Source of the DNA: Methylobacter sp.
GTDB taxonomy: Bacteria; Pseudomonadota; Gammaproteobacteria; Methylococcales; Methylomonadaceae
Direction: 5' to 3'
NCBI GenBank assembly: GCA_030653985.1
Contig: JAURYJ010000086.1
Span: 16,725-80,724, forward strand
Length of the DNA: 64,000 nucleotides
This document shows, piece by piece, positions 31,411 through 40,644 of the stretch. The position numbers and the translations under genes were made by a program. The first letter of the stretch is position 1, and each line of letters begins with the position of its first letter. A model generated the notes under the pieces. The model had not been told where the DNA came from. It made no database searches and was given only the letters and a program-made list of their open reading frames with translations.

Positions 31411-31720
31411 CGTAAAGCCGCTTCCTTCAGGCATAGCTATCTACACAAGTCACTACATCCTGGCTAGACTGGCTGCCCATGCACCCATTTAAGAAAAAAA
31501 CATGTCCTCGTGCCCGCGCCGGTGGCGTCACCGCCATTAGGTTAAGGGTTTGGCATTATAGGTGGGCGCGAATTTATTCGCGCAGTGACAGCCAAATGCG
31601 CGAATAAATTCGCGCCCACACTATTCAGTCATACTGTGTTTTCAGTCTACCTTAAGGCAGTGCCAGGGGAGAATGAATAACTTGTGTAGATAGCTATGCC
31701 TTTAGGACGCGGAGCATATT
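31411..31720. mobile_element. Nested MITE/REP composite, copy 2 (inverted relative to copy 1)
   Basis: TIRs at 31431-31448 and 31682-31699; internal sequence is the reverse complement of 5152-5416 with scattered differences; abuts the stop codon of the last pilus-operon gene. Confidence 0.85.
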
Positions 31721-32408
31721 AAGGATTCATCAGCCAATAGGCAGTGACTACGTCTACCTGAGATTCGTCTAAGGGCGGATTGGTAGCGCCACCACCATAT
31801 TGCCAGGTATTGTCTTTACTCCATTCCGCCGCTACAGGAGCCGGTGCTGCGGCGATGGTAGATTGTCGAAATGAGCCAAACTGCGCATCAGAACTGCCGT
31901 CTATCATGGCATCAAGCATCCTGGCTAAATCCGGCGTCAGCCGATCAATAATCATCACGTTCTTCAATTGCTGCACATAAACACCCGGCGCGGCACCGTT
32001 GACCGTCCAGCTCACGTTCTGAAAACAGACCGAGCTATCCTGAGGGTTGCCATTGCTATCCAAATAGGAATAATGCGTTTCGTAGCCGTTGGCCCGGCCA
32101 TTGGGCATTTGAACCCCGGCCGCCATCATCGCGGTGCGCAGCGCAGTATCACAGACTGCATCGCCTCCCTGATTAACTTTGGTCGTTGGGGTCGTTGGGC
32201 TATCGCCAATCACAATGCCGGTACCGTTAAAATGAGCGAGATAAGCCAGTTCCCAGGCCCGCACAAACGATGACGCAAGCTTTTGATAAGACGCGCTACG
32301 TTGCAAATTGCTGCCAACGCTGGTCGCCGAGATCAGAATGCCGATAGCGATAATGACCAGCGTCAGTTCCAGCAGGCTAAAGCCCTGTTGTTTTAAAGGA
32401 GTAGACAT
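31719..32408 (-). CDS. Type IV prepilin-like protein, family A
   Basis: QQG|FSLLE class III signal; YLDSNGNPQ and LTPDLARMLD..IDG motifs shared with 49154 and 49986; start set at MSTPL. Confidence 0.85.
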   Translation of the reverse strand: MSTPLKQQGFSLLELTLVIIAIGILISATSVGSNLQRSASYQKLASSFVRAWELAYLAHFNGTGIVIGDSPTTPTTKVNQGGDAVCDTALRTAMMAAGVQMPNGRANGYETHYSYLDSNGNPQDSSVCFQNVSWTVNGAAPGVYVQQLKNVMIIDRLTPDLARMLDAMIDGSSDAQFGSFRQSTIAAAPAPVAAEWSKDNTWQYGGGATNPPLDESQVDVVTAYWLMNP

Positions 32409-32424
32409 ACATTTATTCCATTGT

Positions 32425-33618
32425 TTATCGTTCATAAATACCCGCCTGATCAGCTGCCTTGACATTGGCTTCCACCGAAGTATCCAGTGTCGTTAAAATA
32501 GGAATTACCTCCTCAATTAAACTAACCATTTTTTCAGTCAGCGGAATCAAATTTTCATTCAAATAAACCACACCTAACACTGCGGCCGCGACCGCCGCAG
32601 TATTGACCGCAATCGCCCCAACCGCCAAGCCTACCGCTGCAGGCCCGGTCACATAAGGCCCCACCGGCACCATTAGCAACGTGGTCGCGGTGCCTGCCGG
32701 AAGTAAAGACGCTGCAGTCGCCAGTCCTGCTCCGGCTTGGAGTGCTTGCGCTGCCGCCGTAGCGTTACTGGCCTCGGCAAACTCAACCGCCAGTTCCAAT
32801 TGCACTTTATAGTCCACCAATGCCTGCCTATAAATAGCCGTCGTGCTTTTTGCATTCGGATGCGCATGGACCACAGCAGACAAAATCCCGCTACAACTCA
32901 TCCATTCCCATATTTCATCGAAATACACCGCGTGAACCTGATCGTCGTAGTTGGCGGAAATCCCGCGACTCGGCAATCCAAATTTAACGCCCGCCACATT
33001 ATAACCATCAAACAAATTGCCATCCTGATCGGCATCAATCGCGCCGGGATCCGCCAGAACGTAAGCGATATGATGCAACGAGTTACCATCAGTGGTATGC
33101 GCATAAGTTGCATCCGCCGTAGCATCCCAGCCATTCGACAGCGCCCGGCACAAGTCCATATCACTGGCATTACCCAAGTTTTGCGACGTTGACGATAACG
33201 GCGTGGCAGTCGCATAAAAAGGCTGGATACGATCTGATTTTTTATTTAATTGCGCATCCAGCGTTGTCGCTCCGGTTTTGGCGTATACCGCGTAACGAAA
33301 CGCCAGCCCCTCCTGATTGCGCAGCTGCGCCGCCATGCCTAGCGTTTGATACGGCAACACGCCATTGGTTAAGCCGCAATCTTCAACACCCGCTACGCCT
33401 GCCGCTGCCGGACACGGCAAGCGGCCGTTGGCATAAACAAAGCCGCTTAAGGCGTTATCGGCGCGCCGAAACAAGGCTTGCGCTTCTACGCTATCGGACA
33501 TTTTTTGAGTATCGCGGATCACCGTGGTTGCGGCAATAACCAGTAAACCGAGTACCACGATCACCAGGGCAAGTTCGGGCAAAGAGTAACCGCATTGAAA
33601 TTGTCGTTGCATACTCAT
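32425..33618 (-). CDS. Type IV prepilin-like protein, family B, with C-terminal hydrophobic extension
   Basis: QCG|YSLPE; GRLPCP, LPYQTLG, DADQDGNLFDG, YDD motifs; long Ala/Gly/Val-rich apolar segment; ATGA overlap gives start 33618. Confidence 0.85.
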   Translation of the reverse strand: MSMQRQFQCGYSLPELALVIVVLGLLVIAATTVIRDTQKMSDSVEAQALFRRADNALSGFVYANGRLPCPAAAGVAGVEDCGLTNGVLPYQTLGMAAQLRNQEGLAFRYAVYAKTGATTLDAQLNKKSDRIQPFYATATPLSSTSQNLGNASDMDLCRALSNGWDATADATYAHTTDGNSLHHIAYVLADPGAIDADQDGNLFDGYNVAGVKFGLPSRGISANYDDQVHAVYFDEIWEWMSCSGILSAVVHAHPNAKSTTAIYRQALVDYKVQLELAVEFAEASNATAAAQALQAGAGLATAASLLPAGTATTLLMVPVGPYVTGPAAVGLAVGAIAVNTAAVAAAVLGVVYLNENLIPLTEKMVSLIEEVIPILTTLDTSVEANVKAADQAGIYER

Positions 33619-34934
33619 TGAAACCACCCCCGGTTATCGCTGGCGATTGCTGTCGTTAATTGCGCCTCGGCAAATAAGCGCATCGATTCCTCTCTACTCG
33701 CGGCGTTTTCTACCTGTTTCCAGGAAGCGGTCAATTGTTTTTCCAGCAACGCCTTCTCCGTTTGAGCTGCGTCCAACTGGATTGCAGCGGTGACGGTGCT
33801 GTATATGCCAATCGCGACGCCAATCACCACTGAGGCCCCAATCCCGGAGAAACTGCCTGCAGCCAAGGCCAAATCAGTCGCCAATTGGCCGGCGGTAATG
33901 GCTAGGCCGACGGTGCTAAAGACAAAGTGAAACTCATTGATTTGCACATTAGTTTGCCTGACGATGTACATAAAATCGCGTAAATAGGCATAAAAAACCG
34001 CCGCGCGGTACTCGTCGTAAGCAGCCCAGGCATCGCGTGCCGCTGCATTAACATTAGCCACTGCTGCCGGACAGCCTAACGCGCCGGCAGCCTCGGCAAA
34101 GCCCATAGCCAGCACCTTGTCGTCATAGACATCCGACAACGGAATGTCTGGCGAGGCAAATGTCTGGGTAAAGGGGAAATTGGCCCCATCAAACAGGTTG
34201 CCGTCCTGATTTTTATCAGCCGCGCCGGGGTCAGCGACAACAAAAGCCACGTTCAAGCCCACATTCACTTTTGTCAGGCCTGCTGCCGACTGGGTAGCGT
34301 TACGCAATGCATGGCAAAAATCCAGACCGTTACTGTGGCCTGCTAAAGCTTCCGCATTGGGGGGCCCCTTCAACACGGCGGGCGTAGTCGGCAATACCGG
34401 CATAGTACCGCTTATCGGCAAATAAATATTCGGCGGATCAGGCGGAGAGTGAACGACAGCATCTTTCACCGGAGAGTGAACAACAGCATCGTTCACCCGC
34501 GGCGGCAAATACGGCTCAAAACGATTGGCAACTACCGCCAAGTCAGCATCCAGTTTGAGAGTAGCATGGCTGTTTCGGTAGACGCCATAACGAAAATCCA
34601 GACCGTGAGTATTGCGCAACGGCGCTGAAAGCCCCATGGTGCGCCAGGGCAGTAAGCCTATATCATTACTCACGCCGCAGTCTTCCTGTCCATCGGTACC
34701 GGTACCGGTACCAGTATCAGTATCAGGACAGGGCAAGCGATTATGCGCCACCACAAAACCCATTAACGCCTCACCGGCATCCTCTGCGCTCAGGCTTTGC
34801 TGGCCTGACAGCATCTGCCTGACCTGCGGTATCAGCGCAGGCAAGGCAAACACCAATACGCCCAAGACCGCCAACGATACCGCCAGCTCGGTTAAGCTAA
34901 AGCCCCGAACATGCTGCTTAGATAAAAGTCTCAT
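33615..34934 (-). CDS. Type IV prepilin-like protein, family B, with C-terminal hydrophobic extension
   Basis: VRG|FSLTE; RLPCP, RYGVYR, DKNQDGNLFDG, YDD motifs; C-terminal apolar hairpin and coiled coil. Confidence 0.85.
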   Translation of the reverse strand: MRLLSKQHVRGFSLTELAVSLAVLGVLVFALPALIPQVRQMLSGQQSLSAEDAGEALMGFVVAHNRLPCPDTDTGTGTGTDGQEDCGVSNDIGLLPWRTMGLSAPLRNTHGLDFRYGVYRNSHATLKLDADLAVVANRFEPYLPPRVNDAVVHSPVKDAVVHSPPDPPNIYLPISGTMPVLPTTPAVLKGPPNAEALAGHSNGLDFCHALRNATQSAAGLTKVNVGLNVAFVVADPGAADKNQDGNLFDGANFPFTQTFASPDIPLSDVYDDKVLAMGFAEAAGALGCPAAVANVNAAARDAWAAYDEYRAAVFYAYLRDFMYIVRQTNVQINEFHFVFSTVGLAITAGQLATDLALAAGSFSGIGASVVIGVAIGIYSTVTAAIQLDAAQTEKALLEKQLTASWKQVENAASREESMRLFAEAQLTTAIASDNRGWFQ

Positions 34935-37714
34935 TGCGTAAGCCCCAATTTATCCACCTGGTTGAGAATAGGCCGCGCTCCGGGAATAATGCTGATCAAT
35001 GTACCGCTGCCACCGGGAATGTCTGAGCAACTGCCCCACCAGCTGTAGGCCGCGCCGGAACCTGCGCGTGTATAAACAGGAGGATTCGCCGGCACCGTTC
35101 CTGTTTCCGGTGCGGTGGCCGCAATCTTTGCCAGCATTAACGGCGGCGCCGCCGTCGGCCATTCGGGCACCACTGCAAGGCGTATGTCGGCTGGAATTCC
35201 GGCAACGGTCTCATAGGTTTTTTTAGTCTGGGCGCACACCGTTTGCTCTACCATAGCGACCGCACTTTTCCAGTTATTGTATTTTTGAATGGCCGATGAT
35301 TCCAAACGAGTCGCCTCGCGTTCTTTAGCCAGATATTGTTGCTTAAGACTCAGCACCGCCTGGAATTCCCCTGCCAACGTACAATCAGGGTCTATGACAT
35401 AAGTCGGCCACCAATACAAAGGATCGGCTTCACCTATAGGATTTAAAGTTGGAGCCGAAGTACACGAGGCTGCATCATTACCGCCATAAGGGTCAATATC
35501 CCAGGCTCGCCCTGCCTGAACCGCCGCATCCCATTGATTAACCGTATTGGTTTTTGCGGTATTCAGCGACGTTAGCGCATTATCGGCTGTCGTTTTGGCG
35601 GCCTGCCAAGCAACGTAAAGCGCATGGCTAGCATTGTAAGTTGATGATAAATCTTTAGCACAGTCAGCGTCCTGGACGCATGTCCTATAAGCTGAACTTT
35701 CATCAGCAGAGCCTATAGCAGCTTGCCAGGCAATATAGTTAGCATTTGATGTATCGTAAGTTATAACGGTAGTAACACAAGCTGGATCTTGGTCGCATTC
35801 CAACTTTTTGGCATCCGCCGCCGCCTGCAGGCTTATCCAATTCGCATAAGCCGTTTCATAGGAGCCCAAAGCAGTTATCGCCGTATCCAGAGCGGCTTTG
35901 GCGGTCGTAAAAGTTGCATTAGCCCCGGTAATATCAGCATTCGCCGCCACAGCGGCGGTAGCGGCGTATCCGGTAATCGCCGTATTAGCCGCATTAATAT
36001 TGGTAATAGCGGCACTCACCGTTGCTGCTGTGTCTGAACTCAAGTCAGTTATATAACCGGCAATCGCCGTTGTTTTTGCAGTGATATTGTCGTTGGCCGT
36101 GGTAATAGTCGCTTTATTCGGCGTAGTAATAGCGGAATAAGCGGTAATACTGGCATTATTAGCCGCAATAATTGCGTTATTGGCGTTGGTAATGGCGGTA
36201 ATTTGTTCAGCTGTTACCGTGGTGCCCGGAATGGTGGTGCTCGATAAGCTTGTGATCGACGCCATAGACGCTATCGTCGTATTGGCAGCATTAACAATCG
36301 CCGTTCTGATCGAGTCGACAGTTGTCGTTATCGCTGCGTCGTAAGCCGAAGTCGCCTGGGTTGCCAAACTGTTTGCCTGAGTACGCGCCGCTATTGCCGC
36401 TGTGTTTTCGCTTAAATAACTTTCGTAAGAGTCATCCCTGTTATCGACCGCACTGGCCAGCTGCATCTGTTGAGAAGCGATCAAATCAACACTGGGAGCG
36501 CCGATTACCGCGCCCGCTTTTTGGGCAACCTGGTCAAACATAATAGCCGCTGCAATTTGCGCCGCCATCGCAGCGGTATTCAGCGCCACCGCAGTATAAG
36601 CCAAACCTAATGCGGTGCCCGCAGAAGCCAACGCCGCAGCCGCTAATGGAATCGCCGCGCAAGACAACACATTCAACCCCAACGACGCTGCACAAAGACC
36701 GGTATGCAGCCCTAAAGCCGTAGCAGCAGCCGCTGACAACTCATTGGCCTCGACTACCGCCGCTACGGCCAGCGCCACTGAAAGACCGGCCGAGATGGCG
36801 CCCATAATGGAGTCTTGTACCGCCTGCTCAGCCTGAGCTTTCATGGCCTGCTGCTGCGCCTTGACTTCATCGTCTACCGCAACCGTGTCGGCCAATATAT
36901 GCAAGCTCTGCATGGCGACGTCGCAGCGCAAATGCTGAAATACCTCGGCAAAACTGCGCGCCAGGGTCTGGTCGTCATAGAGGGTTTGCGCAGGCGTGGC
37001 AGGACTGTTGAAACCGAACGAAGAATCGTTTACATCGTCAAACACGCCGTTGGCTCCCGCTGCTGCCAGCGCGTAGGCGACTGCATTGTCGGCACCCTCA
37101 GGCGGCCGGGTAAAGGTGTACGATGCGCTTGCCGCGTGGGTGCTGCCGTTTTTTAACGCTTGGCATAAATCCAGCGTGCCGTGCCGCAATAAACCCGCGT
37201 CTTGATAGTTATTTAATTTTACATCAGGGCATACCGGCGAGCCGCTATCGGTGACCACGACCTTGTCATTAACGGTATCGTAGGAACAGCTATCGCTGCT
37301 GGTCGGCTCAAAGCGGTTTTTATTGCCCGGCACGGCCAAATCGGCATCGTTGCTTAATACGGTATCGGCTTTACGATAGACGCCATAACGCAACGGGATT
37401 TCTCCGGCCGCATAAGCTTTGGTAATCAAGCCGATAGTCAGATAAGGCAAACTGCCTTTGGCGCTGCCGCAATTTTCCCGGCCATCGTTATCGCTATCGG
37501 GACAAGGCAGGCGCCCGTGAATAGCGGCATAATGCAACAGCTGGCGATCGGCAACAGCCAGGGCATCGGCATTTCTTTGCCGTTGAAGCTGGGTAAAATG
37601 GTTGGTGGTCACTGAGAACAAGGCAACGCCTAAGCCCGCTGCCACGGTTAGCACTATGGCCAGTTCAAACAAGGAGAAACCCTGTTGTTTGCTTGTCAGC
37701 GGTGGTTGTTTCAT
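34931..37714 (-). CDS. Giant (927 aa) type IV prepilin-like protein, family B
   Basis: QQG|FSLFE; GRLPCP, RYGVYR, YDD motifs; ~90-aa apolar segment followed by long Ala/Thr/Asn-rich helical repeats and Cys pairs. Confidence 0.85.
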   Translation of the reverse strand: MKQPPLTSKQQGFSLFELAIVLTVAAGLGVALFSVTTNHFTQLQRQRNADALAVADRQLLHYAAIHGRLPCPDSDNDGRENCGSAKGSLPYLTIGLITKAYAAGEIPLRYGVYRKADTVLSNDADLAVPGNKNRFEPTSSDSCSYDTVNDKVVVTDSGSPVCPDVKLNNYQDAGLLRHGTLDLCQALKNGSTHAASASYTFTRPPEGADNAVAYALAAAGANGVFDDVNDSSFGFNSPATPAQTLYDDQTLARSFAEVFQHLRCDVAMQSLHILADTVAVDDEVKAQQQAMKAQAEQAVQDSIMGAISAGLSVALAVAAVVEANELSAAAATALGLHTGLCAASLGLNVLSCAAIPLAAAALASAGTALGLAYTAVALNTAAMAAQIAAAIMFDQVAQKAGAVIGAPSVDLIASQQMQLASAVDNRDDSYESYLSENTAAIAARTQANSLATQATSAYDAAITTTVDSIRTAIVNAANTTIASMASITSLSSTTIPGTTVTAEQITAITNANNAIIAANNASITAYSAITTPNKATITTANDNITAKTTAIAGYITDLSSDTAATVSAAITNINAANTAITGYAATAAVAANADITGANATFTTAKAALDTAITALGSYETAYANWISLQAAADAKKLECDQDPACVTTVITYDTSNANYIAWQAAIGSADESSAYRTCVQDADCAKDLSSTYNASHALYVAWQAAKTTADNALTSLNTAKTNTVNQWDAAVQAGRAWDIDPYGGNDAASCTSAPTLNPIGEADPLYWWPTYVIDPDCTLAGEFQAVLSLKQQYLAKEREATRLESSAIQKYNNWKSAVAMVEQTVCAQTKKTYETVAGIPADIRLAVVPEWPTAAPPLMLAKIAATAPETGTVPANPPVYTRAGSGAAYSWWGSCSDIPGGSGTLISIIPGARPILNQVDKLGLTQ

Positions 37715-38970
37715 CGGGCTGAGACCTGCTTAATTAAATCGTAAATCGGCAGTAAAAACACCACTACCATAAAAATAAAAAATGCACCGGCAATCAAGAT
37801 CACCAGCGGTTTGACGATTTCAGTAATGGTGCTGATAGTGTAATTAAAGCGTCTGCCGAATTCTTCAGCGAGTACCCGTAATTGATAATCCAGGTTACCG
37901 CTTTGTTCGCCGACTTTGACTAGGCGCACCACCAGACCGGGGAACACGCCGGATTCACGCAAGCCATTGCTTAGAGTGTTGCCGCGCAGTACCCCGGCAC
38001 GAATGTCTTTTATTTTTTGCCGGTACATCCGGTTTTCCAGTGATTGCGCCATGATCTCCAGACACTCCGCCAGATTAATGCCGGACGCGATCAGCAGGCT
38101 CAAATATTCGGTGATAAATGCCATGGCCGAGGCGCGAACCAGGATTCTGGTTACCGGCGCATGGTAGGCCAAGCGGTACAGGTTGTAGCGCAACCATTCG
38201 CTTTGTCTGACCGTCAGCACTGTTAGCAACAGCATAAAAAGAATTAACTCGGTGTACAGCGTTGCATGTTGGTTATAGGCGTGTATTGCCTTCATCACCG
38301 CGACGGTAGTTGCCGGCAATTGGACATGCATCTGCCGGAACATATCAAACACATTAGGCAACACATACACGGCCCAAAACCAGGCGGTAGCGGCGGTAGT
38401 GGCGATAATAAATGCCGGATAGATCATCACTTTATAAGTATCCTGCTTTAACAGCACGATACGCTTTAAGTGTGCCGCCGAGTCCAACAGGGTGCGATCC
38501 AGGGTGCCTGAGCTTTCGCCAATTTTGATTAAATAACGCACCGTCGGCGGAATATTTTTACCGTACCGGTCTATCGCTTCGGTTACGCTCATGCCGGAAC
38601 GGATAGAGTCGCGTAAATCCAAGGCTAAAAGACTGCCTGCGTTCAGGCCGCCATCGTCTGCCAGTTCAGTCAATGCTTCGATAATGGGCAAGCCGCTTTT
38701 TAACATGAGCCCTAAACTGTGCAACAGTTCGGCAAGGTCTTCATCTTGCAGTTGCCGACCTCTAATCCATTCGATAGCGTTGTACAGATAGAGTATCCAC
38801 AAGGGCAACTGGGTGACCTCGATAGCGGCGCCGGTAAAACGTTGTTCAAGATAAGCGCGCGCTGAATATTTGCTTTGATAAGGCAGCTTGATAAAGGCAC
38901 GGCCGTGCCTGCGCGCATTTTCTATGGCGCTGTAGTAAAACAAATTCATCACCGGTTTAGCCGTTGCCAT
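37711..38970 (-). CDS. Inner-membrane platform protein (PilC/GspF/MshG family)
   Basis: SGLPIIEAL, IGESSGTLD, YPAFI, VGEQSGNLD, LPIY. Confidence 0.93.
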   Translation of the reverse strand: MATAKPVMNLFYYSAIENARRHGRAFIKLPYQSKYSARAYLEQRFTGAAIEVTQLPLWILYLYNAIEWIRGRQLQDEDLAELLHSLGLMLKSGLPIIEALTELADDGGLNAGSLLALDLRDSIRSGMSVTEAIDRYGKNIPPTVRYLIKIGESSGTLDRTLLDSAAHLKRIVLLKQDTYKVMIYPAFIIATTAATAWFWAVYVLPNVFDMFRQMHVQLPATTVAVMKAIHAYNQHATLYTELILFMLLLTVLTVRQSEWLRYNLYRLAYHAPVTRILVRASAMAFITEYLSLLIASGINLAECLEIMAQSLENRMYRQKIKDIRAGVLRGNTLSNGLRESGVFPGLVVRLVKVGEQSGNLDYQLRVLAEEFGRRFNYTISTITEIVKPLVILIAGAFFIFMVVVFLLPIYDLIKQVSAR

Positions 38971-38988
38971 CAGGTAGTCTCCATTGCC

Positions 38989-40644
38989 TTAGCGCCAAGA
39001 ACCGTGGCCCATGACCCGCACCAGTTCAGCAACGGTGGTTTCGCCGCGAATTAAACGCTTTTTGGCAACGTCTTCCATCGCGACATAACCGCATTCGCGG
39101 GCCGCCGCGGTCAATTCGCTTAAGGTGGCCTCCCGAGCAATGGCATCGGCAAAGCGGCTATCAACCAGCAGTATCTCGTAGATAGGCACGCGACCGTGGT
39201 AACCGGTCCAGCGGCAGTGCTGACAACCGACACCCCGATAAAAAGTGATGGCTTCGATAATATCCAGCCATTGCGGAAGGTCTATCTCGGTATCGTCGGG
39301 TTGTTTGCACTGGGTACACACGGTGCGCACCAAGCGCTGATTGATCACGCCGATTAACGCTCCCGCAATGATGCGCGACGACACCTCCAGGCCATTAAGC
39401 CTTGGCAGCACCCCAAAAGCGCTGTTCGCGTGCAGCGTCGACAAGACCAAATGCCCGGTTTCGGCGGCTTGAATGGCTGCCCTTGCGGTTTCGGAATCGC
39501 GTATTTCGCCGACTAAAATGACATCGGGATCGTGGCGCAAAAAGTGGATGATGGCTTTATCGAACTGAAAGTCAGCCTTGCGGTTGACCTGTGTTTGTAC
39601 GATAACCGGCATTTCATACTCTATCGGGTCTTCTATCGATAAAATATTTTTGCCGCCTAAAGCCTGTTTCTTAATACCGGCAAACATGCTGGTGGTTTTG
39701 CCTGAACCGGTCGGGCCGACAAATAAAACAATGCCGTGAGGCTGGGCAAAAAAGTAATTCAATTTGTCCAGGTCTTCTGCCAAAAACCCGAGTTCCAAAA
39801 ATGATTTAACATGAGAACCGCTGGGCAACAGCCGCATTACCACATTTTCGCCGAACCGGGTGATGGTGGTGGATACCCGAATATCGTATTGGGCTTGCTG
39901 CAACTGTAACGAAAAACGGCCATCCTGAGGCCTGAGATTGTCGGAAATATCCATATTGGAACGGACTTTGATCGACACTATCAGGCGGCGTAATTGTTTT
40001 TCTAAAGCCAAAACCGGGCGCAAGACGCTATCGACGCGAAAACTGATATGTATGGTTTTGTGGTCGGGCTGTAAATGAACGTCGGTTGCTCTTTCCGAAA
40101 TCGCCAACATCAGGATGCAACGCAGCAACTCATCATTGGATAAAACCTGATCGGTATCGGCGGTGAGTTTTTGAATTTCCTTATCCAGCAAGGCCTCAAG
40201 CTGCATAGGTTCATGACTGTAGGCGCGGCTGATCTCATCGAGCACAGCGCTGAACTCGGCTTGAATAGGCATCAGCTCCAGTCCACAGCTACGGTGTATG
40301 GTTTTTCTGACCAGTCCGAGATTGGCATTGCCAACCAGCGCTTCAATGTAATGGCCGTTGCGACGTAACGGCAAAAACGCTTGTCGGCGGCACAGCTCAT
40401 GGCTAAATTGAGCCAGCACCTCCGCATCAGGACTTAGCTCAAGACCTGAGCGATGAAAGTCAATGCCGTGATGATCGGCCAGCGCCTGAGCAATGATTGC
40501 CTCAGAAACCACACCCAAACGGATCAACAATTCACCTAAATGCTCCTGGGTGACTTTTTGTTTTTGCAAGGCATAATCAAGCTGCAACCGGGTAATGACT
40601 TTGGATGCCAGCAAATGATCGCCCAAACGCAATTTATCACTCAT
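38989..40644 (-). CDS. Assembly ATPase (PilB/GspE/MshE family) with MshEN domain
   Basis: RLGDHLL..LGELL N-terminus; PQDGR; GPTGSGKTT; EDPIE; RHDPDVILVGEIRD; CxxC...CxxC. Confidence 0.95.
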   Translation of the reverse strand: MSDKLRLGDHLLASKVITRLQLDYALQKQKVTQEHLGELLIRLGVVSEAIIAQALADHHGIDFHRSGLELSPDAEVLAQFSHELCRRQAFLPLRRNGHYIEALVGNANLGLVRKTIHRSCGLELMPIQAEFSAVLDEISRAYSHEPMQLEALLDKEIQKLTADTDQVLSNDELLRCILMLAISERATDVHLQPDHKTIHISFRVDSVLRPVLALEKQLRRLIVSIKVRSNMDISDNLRPQDGRFSLQLQQAQYDIRVSTTITRFGENVVMRLLPSGSHVKSFLELGFLAEDLDKLNYFFAQPHGIVLFVGPTGSGKTTSMFAGIKKQALGGKNILSIEDPIEYEMPVIVQTQVNRKADFQFDKAIIHFLRHDPDVILVGEIRDSETARAAIQAAETGHLVLSTLHANSAFGVLPRLNGLEVSSRIIAGALIGVINQRLVRTVCTQCKQPDDTEIDLPQWLDIIEAITFYRGVGCQHCRWTGYHGRVPIYEILLVDSRFADAIAREATLSELTAAARECGYVAMEDVAKKRLIRGETTVAELVRVMGHGSWR

